From Patescibacteria group bacterium (GTDB taxonomy: Bacteria > Patescibacteriota > Patescibacteriia > Patescibacteriales > JBAZCA01), in assembly GCA_041661505.1 (NCBI GenBank), contig JBAZUF010000001.1:241576-305575 (forward strand): DNA of 64,000 nt, in the 5' to 3' direction. The number at the start of each line of letters is the position of its first letter. The first letter of the stretch is position 1. The translations under genes and the position numbers were made by a program. This document shows, piece by piece, positions 36,054 through 45,626 of the stretch. The notes beneath the pieces were generated by a model. The model was not told where the DNA came from. It searched no databases and worked only from the letters and a program-made list of their open reading frames with translations.

Positions 36054-36965
36054 TTAAACTTTTGAGTATTTGCTTACCGCGATTGTGCTGGCGATCGAAT
36101 TAATTGCCGCGAGGCCCAAAAATTCCAACCCGAAGATCTTGAAGAAATTTTGGACAAAGAAGGAAATTATATTGATATTATAGCCGATAAAAAATGTTTC
36201 CAGATACGGCTGTAAAAGCCCCAGAAAGGGCAAAAAAATCGCTATTACCACCAGTATTCCGACTAATGTATAGATAATGCTCGAAACCATATACGGCATT
36301 TTGATGAAAATATTGGACGCGCCGACCAGCCGCATAATCCCGATTTCCCTCCGGTGGATATAGATGGCTACGCGGATGGAATTATAGACTAAGAGGGCCG
36401 TAATCAGGATAAAAATAACGCTTATAAATATTCCTACTTCGCTTACTTTATTAGTTATGGAATTGATTTTGCTTAAGATGGCCTTGTTGTCGTTAAAGTC
36501 CCTCGATTCGATGGCCGTTGAATCGATTTCATTTATTTTTCTAATCAGGCCGTCAAACTGTCCGGCGTTTTTAGCCTGGATTACCAGGGTCGGGGTTAGG
36601 GGATTAGCATCCAGCTCCTTTAAGGCTTCCAGTATCGCCGGATCGTTTTTATGCTTTTCATTAAATTTTTTCAAGGCTTCGGCTTTAGATATGTAGCGGA
36701 CCTCTTTTACTTCATCCAAATTACTCACTTTGGATTTAACCGCGAGGATTTCTTCTTCTTTTGAGTCGGGCTTTAAATAAAGGCTAATGTCAATTTTATC
36801 TTTAACCGAATCAATAGCCGCGTCGCCGATTATTTTTATAGTCAAAAGCATGTTTACGGAAAAAAGCGCCAAAATTAAAATCGTAATCGTAACCAAAGAC
36901 AGCCAGATGTTCCGGTAAATATCTTGGAGGCTGAATTTAATTATCCTTATAAAAGATAAAAACAT
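36054..36965 (-). CDS. ftsX: Cell-division ABC permease-like protein FtsX
   Basis: 303 aa with N-terminal TM, a large extracytoplasmic loop and 3 C-terminal TM helices containing REIGIMRLVGA. It lies adjacent to ftsE. Confidence 0.85.
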   Translation of the reverse strand: MFLSFIRIIKFSLQDIYRNIWLSLVTITILILALFSVNMLLTIKIIGDAAIDSVKDKIDISLYLKPDSKEEEILAVKSKVSNLDEVKEVRYISKAEALKKFNEKHKNDPAILEALKELDANPLTPTLVIQAKNAGQFDGLIRKINEIDSTAIESRDFNDNKAILSKINSITNKVSEVGIFISVIFILITALLVYNSIRVAIYIHRREIGIMRLVGASNIFIKMPYMVSSIIYTLVGILVVIAIFLPFLGLLQPYLETFFIGYNINIISFFVQNFFKIFGLEFLGLAAINSIASTIAVSKYSKV

Positions 36966-36995
36966 GTCTTTATTCCCTTTTGGGAAAAATTTAAT

Positions 36996-37676
36996 TTACA
37001 ATATATATTTTCCGCATTCCTGGTCGCTTATAAGACAGCCGCAGTCCAAAGTAATAACCCGGCGCTTTAAGCGGTTAACTACTTCGCGGTTATGGGTAAC
37101 TAAAGCGACAGTCGTTCCAAATTTATTTATTTTCAACAAGAGATCAATTATCTCCTTGGTATTAATCGAATCCAAATTGCCGGTCGGCTCGTCCGCTAAT
37201 AGTATTTTAGGCCGATGGACTAAGGCCCGGGCGATAGCGGTCCTTTGCTGTTCGCCGCCCGACACCTCGTTCGGATAGCGGTTCATCTTATCTTCCAAGC
37301 CGACAATTTTCATTACGTGCGGGACGATATTTTTTATTTTTCTTGGCGGCTGGCCGCAAACCTGCAGGGCGAACTCAACGTTTTCACCCAGAGTTTTTTT
37401 ATTTAAAAGCTTGTAGTCCTGGAAGATCACTCCGATCTGGCGCCTTAAAAACGGGATGTCGGCCGACTTAATGCGGGTAACATCCCAGCCGCCGATTACC
37501 ACCTTGCCTGATGATATCCTTTCCTCCCCTATCAACGCTTTAATGATTGTCGTTTTTCCGGTTCCGGACTGGCCGACAATTGAGACAAATTCGCCGGGCT
37601 TAATATGCAAAGTCACCTGGTTTAAGGCTTTAATATCCGGCTGGTATATTTTTGAAACGTTTAAAAGTTTAATCAT
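36996..37676 (-). CDS. ftsE: Cell-division ATP-binding protein FtsE
   Basis: 226 aa with GQSGTGKTT, LSGGEQQR-like VSGGEQQRTAIARAL and ILLADEPTGNLD. Confidence 0.9.
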   Translation of the reverse strand: MIKLLNVSKIYQPDIKALNQVTLHIKPGEFVSIVGQSGTGKTTIIKALIGEERISSGKVVIGGWDVTRIKSADIPFLRRQIGVIFQDYKLLNKKTLGENVEFALQVCGQPPRKIKNIVPHVMKIVGLEDKMNRYPNEVSGGEQQRTAIARALVHRPKILLADEPTGNLDSINTKEIIDLLLKINKFGTTVALVTHNREVVNRLKRRVITLDCGCLISDQECGKYIL

Positions 37677-37737
37677 GCGAAAGTTATAAAAGCGAACCCC
37701 AGGGTTTAAGCTCGCGGGGTCTTGAAGAAATAAGTAT

Positions 37738-38244
37738 TTACCACCAGGTAGCTCTTATGTCCGGACCAACTTCGTAAAGGGTGACGTATGAGCCTCCGTC
37801 GCTTGATTCGGCCGCGGTATTTACTTCCATGTTGGCAATCAGCCCGAAGCCGGCGCCTCCTTCACTGTCATAAGCGTAGCAATAAGGATTGGTGTTTAAC
37901 GGATCTGCCGGAAGCTTAATATAAGGCGCTAAAGCCGTAACAAGCGTAGTCCAGTTCGGTGTAACAACGCACGAGGCCGGGCTGGTGCAGGCCGCACTGC
38001 AAGCCCTGTTAATAGTAGGAAAGCTAGCGTTTGCGTCAAAATACATGTTTAAGGCGGTGCGGATTTGCTTTAATTCAGCCATTCTTCTCGCGTCGCGCGC
38101 TTTCATCCTTGAACTTTTCAAGGACACGATCGCGAAAGTTGATAAAAATCCGATGATGGAAATTACAACCAAGAGCTCGATTAAAGTGAAGCCGCGTACG
38201 ATTTTACCGGCTGCCAGCACCTTTTTTAGTAGTTCGCTTGTCAT
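37738..38244 (-). CDS. Type IV pilin-like protein (class III signal peptide)
   Basis: 168 aa with prepilin motif RG|FTLIELLVVISIIG and a following hydrophobic helix. Confidence 0.85.
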   Translation of the reverse strand: MTSELLKKVLAAGKIVRGFTLIELLVVISIIGFLSTFAIVSLKSSRMKARDARRMAELKQIRTALNMYFDANASFPTINRACSAACTSPASCVVTPNWTTLVTALAPYIKLPADPLNTNPYCYAYDSEGGAGFGLIANMEVNTAAESSDGGSYVTLYEVGPDIRATWW

Positions 38245-38268
38245 ATATTTAGTAGTTGATTATTTGGC

Positions 38269-38472
38269 TTAAGGCTCAATTATTTCGGGATTGGCCGCTC
38301 CTTCGGAATTTGCCCCGCACAGGATATTGGCGTCCCTTAATTCGGTAAAACTGTGGTAAAACGTAACTATTAAAATAATCTGCATTACGATCATAACCGT
38401 CCCGACGATTATCTCGAAATTATTATAGGTTACCAGTAATTTTTTAAAACTCTTCTTTTTCCTTTTAAACAT
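38269..38472 (-). CDS. Small hypothetical membrane protein
   Basis: 67 aa with a basic N-terminus and one TM helix (IIVGTVMIVMQIILIVTF). There is no other support. Confidence 0.4.
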   Translation of the reverse strand: MFKRKKKSFKKLLVTYNNFEIIVGTVMIVMQIILIVTFYHSFTELRDANILCGANSEGAANPEIIEP

Positions 38473-38549
38473 AATAGTTTAAATTATCCGCATCCTTCTA
38501 TCGGAAGTGCGGAATGCGAGGCGCAAGCCTGCATTTTAATTTGTTATTA

Positions 38550-40187
38550 TTACTCCGATAGCGCCAGTTTATCCGGGGCGGAATTTTTTTCCAGAGCGAT
38601 CAGGCTATATTGAATTAACTCTTCGGTTTTTTTAAAACTCTCATCCCGGCTTTTAGCGCCTAAGGTTACGATGATCAAATTTTCGCCGTTAGCCGCTTTG
38701 ACCCGGGACATAAGGCAATACAAGGCTTCGTTCAAGTATCCGGTCTTTGATCCGGTGAACTCGTATTTTCCCTGCCGGACGAGAGTATTGGTGTTGTTTA
38801 TTGAATGGCTTATTTCCTTACCGTCTTTTTTATAAGTCTTGAATTTATAGACTTTGGAGACGCTCGCCTCTCTTATAATCGGCTCCCTTAAAACCTCTTT
38901 AGTTATTATAGCATAATCTTTGGCTGAACTCACGTTCTTCGGCGACAATCCGGTCGGCTCGATAAAAAAAGTGGATTCTGCCCCATAAAATTCAGCTAAA
39001 TCGTTCATTCTTTTAATAAATCCATCCCGCGTCAAACCGCTCACCCGAACTAAAGTTTCTACCGTATTATTGGTGGACCCGGTCAGGCTGGAATAAATCA
39101 AGTCTTTTACCGTCAAAGTTTCCCCTTCCTCAAGCTTAAGCTTTCCCGATTCCCATGGTTTGCAATAAAGGTAATTATACTCTTCGTCCTTCATGCTGTA
39201 CGCGGCAATTTCCGTTGTTGTCGGATGGGCTTCCAGAAAAACTTTTACGGCAATTATTTTCGTCAGGCTGGCCAAAGGAAGAGTGGTTGTCGCGTTTACG
39301 GCCTCAAGGATTTTTCCGGTATTCTCATTCATAACGATTGAAGCGCGAAAATTCAAGTCCGGCGCGAATCTGGCCCCTTTTTCATACTCCGCCAGCTTGA
39401 GCTTCAGGCTTCCGGTTATAACTAGCGGTTCAACATACACTGTAGCAGTGCCGTCCGAAAGGCTGGCGATTTTTTTAAATGCCTCTTTAGTTAAATCAAC
39501 GACCCGATCCGGATGCGTTTTTCGGTCCGGACCGTAATCATTCACCGTAACGTCGACATACTTATCCGTCTTGGCGCCCGACACATGGACGCGTAATTTT
39601 GAACCAATAGGAAAATCGGGCGAAGCGGCGAACATTCCTTTTTTGTAGCTGTACCAGCTAGCCTTTCCTTTAGTTAAAATATTGGGGTTGGAAAAAACAG
39701 CGATGCGGGCGAAAGGCAGATGGATAAGCGAACGGACGAATTTTTGATCCGGAAAGTCCCAAGTTGGCAAAGCCCGCCAGGCCGCGGCCCCCTTGTCATA
39801 AAAAAATACTTGCTTTAGCCCCGAGTCGTCTTTATTGTAGGAAAACTGGATGTAAAAAGGCTTATGGTTGTCATAAGCGCTTTTATTATTGAATTCAAAC
39901 TGCATTACCGGGCTGATTTTCTCCAATTCCCAGGGATAAGAAAATTTTTCATCCAGCTCCTGGATTTCCACTCCCGTATCGCCGGATAATATCCCCGGCA
40001 CCAAAGATAATTTTAACCGGCCGTCCGGATCGCTCACCGTATAGCCTTTCTCAATGGTTTTAAGATCCAAATTGATTTTAAAAATTCCGCCCGCCCCCTT
40101 GGCCGCCTCTCCGGAAAAATTTCCCAAAACCCCCGCTAGTAGAAAAACGGCTGTTAAAAGCGCGTTAAAGATTGTTTTTTTATTCAT
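38550..40187 (-). CDS. Secreted fusion protein: RlpA-like DPBB domain plus D-alanyl-D-alanine carboxypeptidase (S11)
   Basis: 545 aa with a signal peptide. The RlpA-like part is ASWYSYKKG…GSKLRVHV…VTVNDYGPD. The PBP part has the SxxK motif LASLTKI and later SGS/KTG (GSKTGY). Confidence 0.8.
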   Translation of the reverse strand: MNKKTIFNALLTAVFLLAGVLGNFSGEAAKGAGGIFKINLDLKTIEKGYTVSDPDGRLKLSLVPGILSGDTGVEIQELDEKFSYPWELEKISPVMQFEFNNKSAYDNHKPFYIQFSYNKDDSGLKQVFFYDKGAAAWRALPTWDFPDQKFVRSLIHLPFARIAVFSNPNILTKGKASWYSYKKGMFAASPDFPIGSKLRVHVSGAKTDKYVDVTVNDYGPDRKTHPDRVVDLTKEAFKKIASLSDGTATVYVEPLVITGSLKLKLAEYEKGARFAPDLNFRASIVMNENTGKILEAVNATTTLPLASLTKIIAVKVFLEAHPTTTEIAAYSMKDEEYNYLYCKPWESGKLKLEEGETLTVKDLIYSSLTGSTNNTVETLVRVSGLTRDGFIKRMNDLAEFYGAESTFFIEPTGLSPKNVSSAKDYAIITKEVLREPIIREASVSKVYKFKTYKKDGKEISHSINNTNTLVRQGKYEFTGSKTGYLNEALYCLMSRVKAANGENLIIVTLGAKSRDESFKKTEELIQYSLIALEKNSAPDKLALSE

Positions 40188-40212
40188 TGTTTTGTTTTAA
40201 TGGCTATCCGCT

Positions 40213-40242
40213 TTGACATAGCGGGTTTTTTTATCCTATAAT
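40213..40242 (+). promoter_or_regulatory. Near-consensus sigma70 promoter for the tRNA-Gly/tRNA-Thr pair
   Basis: TTGACA (40213-40218), 18-nt spacer, TATAAT (40237-40242). Confidence 0.55.
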
Positions 40243-40284
40243 CTGTAGTATTGAATCAAGCGCCATTAAATCATGCGAATTCCC

Positions 40285-40355
40285 GCGAGCGTAGTATAAT
40301 GGCAGTACGCGACCTTCCCAAGGTTGAGGCGTGGGTCCGATTCCCATCGCTCGCT
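40285..40355 (+). tRNA. tRNA-Gly (anticodon CCC)
   Basis: Folded by hand: acceptor GCGAGCG/CGCTCGC, anticodon stem CGACC/GGTTG with loop TTCCCAA, T-arm GTGGG-TCCGATT-CCCAT. CCA is not encoded. Confidence 0.88.
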
Positions 40356-40367
40356 CTAGTAATTATC

Positions 40368-40440
40368 GCCGACTTAGCTCAGCTGGTAGAGCAACGGTAT
40401 CGTAAACCGTGGGTCGTCGGTTCGAATCCGACAGTCGGCT
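40368..40440 (+). tRNA. tRNA-Thr (anticodon CGU)
   Basis: Folded by hand: acceptor GCCGACT/AGTCGGC, D-arm GCTC-AGCTGGTA-GAGC, anticodon stem ACGGT/ACCGT with loop ATCGTAA, T-arm GTCGG-TTCGAAT-CCGAC. Confidence 0.92.
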
Positions 40441-40460
40441 CAATCAGATTCTCGTAAAAT

Positions 40461-40904
40461 TCAAAGGCTGTTTTTTCTCGCGAAAAAATATTTTAGCCAC
40501 CGGCCCGGATTGCTTTCGGATTTTTCATCTTGGTTATTATTCAGCCCCGGCATATTAAATACCGTTTGCAGTTCGCTTGGCTCTTCCGCTATCCCGGTCT
40601 GTTCTTTTATTCCGACTACCTCTTCGCCGCTTTTTTTTAAGCCCAATTTTATCCGCGCCTCTGATTCGGCAAACTGGTCAGATTCAAGATAATTAACGAG
40701 CTTTTTCAACCCGCTGTTTTTTTTCTCAATCCTCCCTATTTCTTCCTGCATTTTTCCCACCTCTTTATCGATTTTATGCCTTTGAGAAATATTTTTAGCC
40801 AAGGGGAAGCTCAACAGGATTAAAATACCCAGTCCGGCGATAGTCAAAAAAATTTGGGAAGTGAAAATGCGGCGCAGTATTGGATTATTTCTGTTTCTCG
40901 CCAT
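40461..40904 (-). CDS. Septum formation initiator (FtsB/DivIC-like) protein
   Basis: 147 aa with an N-terminal TM helix followed by a coiled coil (…MQEEIGRIEKKNSGLKKLVNYLESDQFAESEARIKLGL). Confidence 0.7.
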   Translation of the reverse strand: MARNRNNPILRRIFTSQIFLTIAGLGILILLSFPLAKNISQRHKIDKEVGKMQEEIGRIEKKNSGLKKLVNYLESDQFAESEARIKLGLKKSGEEVVGIKEQTGIAEEPSELQTVFNMPGLNNNQDEKSESNPGRWLKYFFARKNSL

Positions 40905-43621
40905 TATATTTTAATTACTTTTCTGTTAAAATAATATTTTACTATTTCAATCAGCGCGATGCTTATTAGGCCGCTTAAAATTATTACCGGCCAGACCGAC
41001 CATTCAAGGCTTACGGTAGAGAGGAAGGACTGAAAAGGCTTAAAATAAATGGCTGAAAGAAGAAGCCCCAGGCTTAAAAAAACCGAAGCGACCAGGTACC
41101 GGTTGCTGAACGGATTCATCCTCCAAATCGGGGTTTCCAGGCTTCTTAAGCTGAAGATATAAAACAACGAATCAACTCCCACGGCGGCAAAAATTACCGT
41201 CCGGACGTAATCTATATTATAATACGCATTGAACAAATAGTAAAAGATGGCTAAAACCAGCAAATCGCGGATTATCCCGACGGCAAAAATAATAACTTTC
41301 ATCCGCCGGTCCAAAATCGGCTTATCCGGCCGCCTTGGAGCCCTTTCCATAATTTCTCCTTCGCCTTTTTCAAAAGACAAGGAAAAATTGGGCAAGCTGT
41401 CGTTAAAAATATTTATCCACAAAATCTGGGCCGGCAATATCGGAAGCGGAAACCCGGCCAAGAGCGCGCCGACAATTAATATCATCTCGCTAAAGCTGTC
41501 GGATAGAAGATAGACTATTACTTTCTGTATGTTGGTAAATATTATCCGCCCCTGTTTTATCGCTTCTACTATAATCGAAAAATTATCATTTAAAAGCACA
41601 ATATCGGCCACCTCTTTTACGACGTCGGTCCCGGAACCTAAAGCGATGCCGATATTGGCGGCTTTAATCGCCGGAGCGTCATTAACGCCGTCTCCGGCCA
41701 TGGCGACTATTTCCCCCCTTTCCTTTAGAGCCTTGATTATCCGAAGCTTGTGATCGGGATTAACCCGGGCGTAAAGATTAATATTTCCGGCCTTTTCCTT
41801 TAAAGCGTCATCATCCAATAGATCAAGGTCGCGGCCTTCCAAGACCGCATTCTCTCCGATGTCTATTCCCGCCTCTTTGGCAATCTTTATGGCTGTCAGT
41901 TTGTAATCGCCGGTTATTATCACCGGGCGGATGCCGGCTTTTTTGCAGATATCAATAGTTTCTCTGGCCTCGCTTCTCAAGGGATCTTTTAAGACGACCA
42001 AGCCGACAAAAATCAGGTTATCACAAAGGCGGCTTATTTCATCGGCATCCTCCCCGTCCCCGACGTTTTTATAGGCCAGCGCGATAATCCTTAAGCCTTC
42101 GGAAGACAATTTTTTAAATTCAAAAAAAATGTCCTCGCGGTCTTTTTTTCCGATAGCGCTTATCTTTCCGCCCTTTATAAAAAATTTGGAATAGCCCAGG
42201 ATTATTTCGGGCGCGCCTTTAGTAAACAGGACTCTTCCGGTTTTAATAAATTTATCCTTTCTTTTTACTAAATTAAGCGACGCCATGAACTTTCTTTCCG
42301 GCGTGAAGGGAAGCTCTTTAATCCGCTTATAATCCTCTTTCTCCTTGAAATAGTTAAAGCCGGCCTGAAGCGGCGCCGCGAGAATCGCTTCATCGGTCGG
42401 CGATCCGATAATTTTTAAAGCGTTTACTTCCTTGGCTATACCGCCGCCCGCCTCCCCTTCGCAGAAAGCCTCGTTGGCATGAAGGCCGATGCGCAGGGCG
42501 TGAAAAACCAGTTCCGGATCTTCGTGCTTCCATTTCCCTTTGACTAGTTCGGCTTTCTGGTCGGGAAAAATTATATTTACTATCCGCATCTTCCCTTCGG
42601 TCAAAGTTCCGGTTTTGTCGGCGCAGATTACCGTTACCGAGCCGAGGGTTTCCGTGGCCGCCAGCCGCCGGACTAATGATTTTCTTTTTAAGAGCGCCTG
42701 CATGCCGATGGTCAAAATAACAGTTATGGCAATCGGCAAACCTTCCGGGATAGACGATACGGCAATGGCAATGGCGGTTAAGAATATTTGAAAAAGATCA
42801 TAATGGGAAAGGATTCCGATAAAAAAAATAATTCCCGAAAGTAAAAGGATGATTATTCCCAGCTGGTTGGAAAAGTGGAGGAGTTTAGTCTGGAGCGGGG
42901 TTTTTTCTTCGGGCACGCTCCGGGTAAGGCTGGCGATTTTTCCAATTTCAGTATCCTCCCCCGTGGCTATTACTATCCCCATGCCGCTGCCTTTAGTAAT
43001 AACCGTCCCCATATAAGCCATAGAACTCCGGCCGCCCAATTCTTTTCCGACCTCAACAATCTCCGTTTCCTTTGGCGCCGGAATTGCCTCGCCGGTGAGA
43101 ATCGCCTCATTAATTTCAAGGTCATCGCCCTCAAGTATTCGGCAGTCAGCCGGAACGGACCGCCCGGCTAAAAGGTATATGATATCGCCGGGCACCAAAT
43201 CTTTTGACAGAACTTTTTTATTCTTTCCTGCCCTTATTACCAGGGCGCTTGCGACTATCAGGTCATTAAGCTTTTCCAATGACCGGTTAATTTTATTTTC
43301 CTGGATAAACCCGATGACTGCGTTTGTGATTAGGGCGGTAAAAATTACTCCGGCGTCGGCAAAATGCCGGACCAAAAGGGAAATCGCGCCGGCAATGATT
43401 AAAATATAAATTAACGGGCTCTTGAACTGCTCTAAAAAAATTATCAGCCCGCCTCTTTTTTTCTTTCTGGGAAGGACATTCTCCCCGAAAATACCCTGGC
43501 GATAGAGGGCCTCCTTTTCTTCCAGCCCGTTAGGATTTGAGTCAAGAAGAGACAAAACCTTTTTTAATTCGAGGTTGTGCCACAAAATGCCGTTCTTAAT
43601 AAGCTCCTTTAGATTCTTCAT
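40904..43621 (-). CDS. P-type cation-transporting ATPase (P2, Ca2+/Mg2+-type)
   Basis: 905 aa with TGE (LTGEA), phosphorylation site CADKTGTLT, MAGDGVNDAPA(I)K and 10 TM helices. Confidence 0.92.
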   Translation of the reverse strand: MKNLKELIKNGILWHNLELKKVLSLLDSNPNGLEEKEALYRQGIFGENVLPRKKKRGGLIIFLEQFKSPLIYILIIAGAISLLVRHFADAGVIFTALITNAVIGFIQENKINRSLEKLNDLIVASALVIRAGKNKKVLSKDLVPGDIIYLLAGRSVPADCRILEGDDLEINEAILTGEAIPAPKETEIVEVGKELGGRSSMAYMGTVITKGSGMGIVIATGEDTEIGKIASLTRSVPEEKTPLQTKLLHFSNQLGIIILLLSGIIFFIGILSHYDLFQIFLTAIAIAVSSIPEGLPIAITVILTIGMQALLKRKSLVRRLAATETLGSVTVICADKTGTLTEGKMRIVNIIFPDQKAELVKGKWKHEDPELVFHALRIGLHANEAFCEGEAGGGIAKEVNALKIIGSPTDEAILAAPLQAGFNYFKEKEDYKRIKELPFTPERKFMASLNLVKRKDKFIKTGRVLFTKGAPEIILGYSKFFIKGGKISAIGKKDREDIFFEFKKLSSEGLRIIALAYKNVGDGEDADEISRLCDNLIFVGLVVLKDPLRSEARETIDICKKAGIRPVIITGDYKLTAIKIAKEAGIDIGENAVLEGRDLDLLDDDALKEKAGNINLYARVNPDHKLRIIKALKERGEIVAMAGDGVNDAPAIKAANIGIALGSGTDVVKEVADIVLLNDNFSIIVEAIKQGRIIFTNIQKVIVYLLSDSFSEMILIVGALLAGFPLPILPAQILWINIFNDSLPNFSLSFEKGEGEIMERAPRRPDKPILDRRMKVIIFAVGIIRDLLVLAIFYYLFNAYYNIDYVRTVIFAAVGVDSLFYIFSLRSLETPIWRMNPFSNRYLVASVFLSLGLLLSAIYFKPFQSFLSTVSLEWSVWPVIILSGLISIALIEIVKYYFNRKVIKI

Positions 43622-43655
43622 AATAAGAGGACAGTCCGCGATTAAAAGCGATAAA

Positions 43656-44789
43656 TTAGCTGTTGATGGCTTTAGCGATAACTTTTACCACTTTCTTTTC
43701 GGTGATCAAGGGCAAAATTTTATTCTTGTGCGGTTTTAATGAATAAGCCAGGGCCTGGGCGGCCTTCAGTTTCATTTGAACCGTAACTCTTTTTTTTCTT
43801 CCGTCAAAAAGGCCGCGGAATATGCCCGGAAAAACCAAAGCATTATTTACCTGGTTGGGAAAATCCGAACGTCCGGTTCCGACAATCGAAGCTCCGGCGG
43901 CTAAGGCGTCTTGGGGCAGAATTTCAGGGTTAGGGTTGGCCATGGCGAATATTATCGGGCCCGGGCGCATGGTCTTAACCATTTTTTGGTCGACCAGGTT
44001 AGCTTTGGAAACGCCGATAAAAATATCTGCCCCGCGCATGGCTTCTTCCAGCCGGCCGGCAACCTTTTTTTTGTTGGTCAATTTGGCAATTGCCTGTTTG
44101 TATTTATTCATGTCCGCGCGGCCTTCATATATGGTTCCCACGCTGTCGACTAAAATAATATCTTTAACTCCGGCGTGTAAAATCAGCCTGGTTATCGCAA
44201 TCCCGGCGGCGCCGGCGCCGTTTACGACCGCTTTCAAATTACTCATCACCTTTCCGGTTACCCGGCAGGCATTTAAAAGGGCGGCCAAAACAACAATGGC
44301 GGTCCCGTCCTGGTCGTCATGGAATACCGGTATGGATAACTCTTTTTCCAAGCGTTCGACAACTTCAAAGCATCTGGGCGCGGAAATGTCTTCTAAGTTA
44401 ATTCCGCCGAAGCTGGGTTCAATATCCTTGCAGAATTTAATTATCTCCTCGGTTTCGCAAGTCGAGATGCATAAAGGCACGGCGTCAACGTCGGCGAAAG
44501 ATTTAAAAATCGCCGCCTTGCCTTCCATAACCGGCATCCCGGCCTCGGGCCCGATGTTTCCCAAGCCTAAAATCGCCGTTCCGTCGGTTACTATGGCAAC
44601 GGTGTTAGCCCGGTTGGTTAATTCCCATGACCGTTCTCTATTTTCCCTTATAGCCAGGCACACCTGGGCCACTCCGGGAGTATAGGCCAAAGCCAGGTCA
44701 TGTCTATTTTTTAAAGGCACCTTAACTTTAGTCTCGATTTTCCCCCTGTACTTTTTATGAAGCTTTAAAGATTCGGCTTTTAAATCCAT
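43656..44789 (-). CDS. NAD(P)-dependent malic enzyme (short form)
   Basis: 377 aa, YTPGVA…DGTAILGLGNIGP…FGGINLEDI…FHDDQDGTAIV…VNGAGAAG. Confidence 0.92.
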   Translation of the reverse strand: MDLKAESLKLHKKYRGKIETKVKVPLKNRHDLALAYTPGVAQVCLAIRENRERSWELTNRANTVAIVTDGTAILGLGNIGPEAGMPVMEGKAAIFKSFADVDAVPLCISTCETEEIIKFCKDIEPSFGGINLEDISAPRCFEVVERLEKELSIPVFHDDQDGTAIVVLAALLNACRVTGKVMSNLKAVVNGAGAAGIAITRLILHAGVKDIILVDSVGTIYEGRADMNKYKQAIAKLTNKKKVAGRLEEAMRGADIFIGVSKANLVDQKMVKTMRPGPIIFAMANPNPEILPQDALAAGASIVGTGRSDFPNQVNNALVFPGIFRGLFDGRKKRVTVQMKLKAAQALAYSLKPHKNKILPLITEKKVVKVIAKAINS

Positions 44790-44845
44790 AATTTTTTGCC
44801 CTTAATTTTTTAAATATTATGATCTAATTTTAATTTTAGCACCGC

Positions 44846-44889
44846 TTGACAAAGAAAAACTCTTCATCTAATATACCCCCTAGGGGTAT
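44846..44889 (+). promoter_or_regulatory. Consensus-like promoter with an overlapping GC-core palindromic operator (CsoR-type)
   Basis: TTGACA (44846-44851), 17-nt spacer, TAATAT (44869-44874). The palindrome ATACCCCCTAGGGGTAT (44873-44889) starts inside the -10. Confidence 0.6.
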
Positions 44890-44982
44890 TAGGAGTCAAA
44901 CTAAAAACATCCTCTTTTACTTGGATATTTTTTTACAGTTTTTTCCCCATTAATTTCTTCTTAATAATATCATTTTATACTT

Positions 44983-45249
44983 ATGAAAGAAATGCCCGGA
45001 AAAATTAGCCGTGAAGAGCAGTCCAGAAAAGTCCTTGACCGGATATCGCGCCTGGAAGGACAAATAAGGGGGATTCGCCGGATGGTCGGGGAAAAAAAGG
45101 AGTGTATTGATATTATAACCCAAATATCGGCCATTCGCGAGGCCGCGGCTATGCTTGGAATTGAGCTTTTAAAGGATGACTTCATTTGCCATAAAATTGA
45201 CGCTAACAACAGCGAAAGGTATTTAAAAACTTTATTTAAAATAAATTAA
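44983..45249 (+). CDS. CsoR/RcnR/FrmR-family (DUF156) metal- or thiol-sensing repressor
   Basis: 88 aa, LDRISRLEGQIRGIRRMVGEKKECIDIITQISAIREA… is the typical family core. Candidate sensing residues are C41, C69 and H70. Confidence 0.85.
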   Translation: MKEMPGKISREEQSRKVLDRISRLEGQIRGIRRMVGEKKECIDIITQISAIREAAAMLGIELLKDDFICHKIDANNSERYLKTLFKIN

Positions 45250-45253
45250 AAAT

Positions 45254-45586
45254 ATGCCCACCCCGATAACCCTTACTAATAAAAACTTTGAAGAAGAGGT
45301 GATAAAATCCGATTTGCCGGTATTAGTGGACTTTTGGGCGCCCTGGTGCGGCCCCTGCCGGATGATGGCGTCGGTTTTGGATGAACTGGCCGCCCGCCTG
45401 GACGGCAAGCTTAAAGTGGCTAAATTAAATGTTGAGGAGCCGGATCACCAGGCCTTGGCTATGGAATACATGATCCAAAGCATCCCCAACCTCAAGCTTT
45501 TTCGAAGCGGAAAAGTTGCCAAAGATTTTATCGGCTTTAGGCCGATAGAAGTCTTGGAGCCTGAAGTTGAAGAGGCGGTAAAATAA
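45254..45586 (+). CDS. trxA: Thioredoxin
   Basis: 110 aa with active site WAPWCGPC. Confidence 0.94.
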   Translation: MPTPITLTNKNFEEEVIKSDLPVLVDFWAPWCGPCRMMASVLDELAARLDGKLKVAKLNVEEPDHQALAMEYMIQSIPNLKLFRSGKVAKDFIGFRPIEVLEPEVEEAVK

Positions 45587-45626
45587 ATTGGACAGGGAAA
45601 GAATTATTGGCTAAACTAAATACATT

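Noticed and set aside
40207-40232. Hairpin CCGCT…AGCGG plus T-run upstream of the tRNA pair, as a + strand terminator
   Set aside because: There is no + strand gene upstream to terminate. It overlaps the TTGACA-N18-TATAAT promoter and is probably a coincidental or promoter-associated structure.
43822-44685. 287-aa + strand ORF
   Set aside because: It lies entirely antisense to the well-supported malic enzyme gene (43656..44789). It has a biased Ser/Ala/Pro-rich composition and no motifs, so it is a shadow ORF. The same reasoning applies to 3887..4522, 9345..9908, 24666..25136, 28663..29307, 35075..35428 and 53710..54321.
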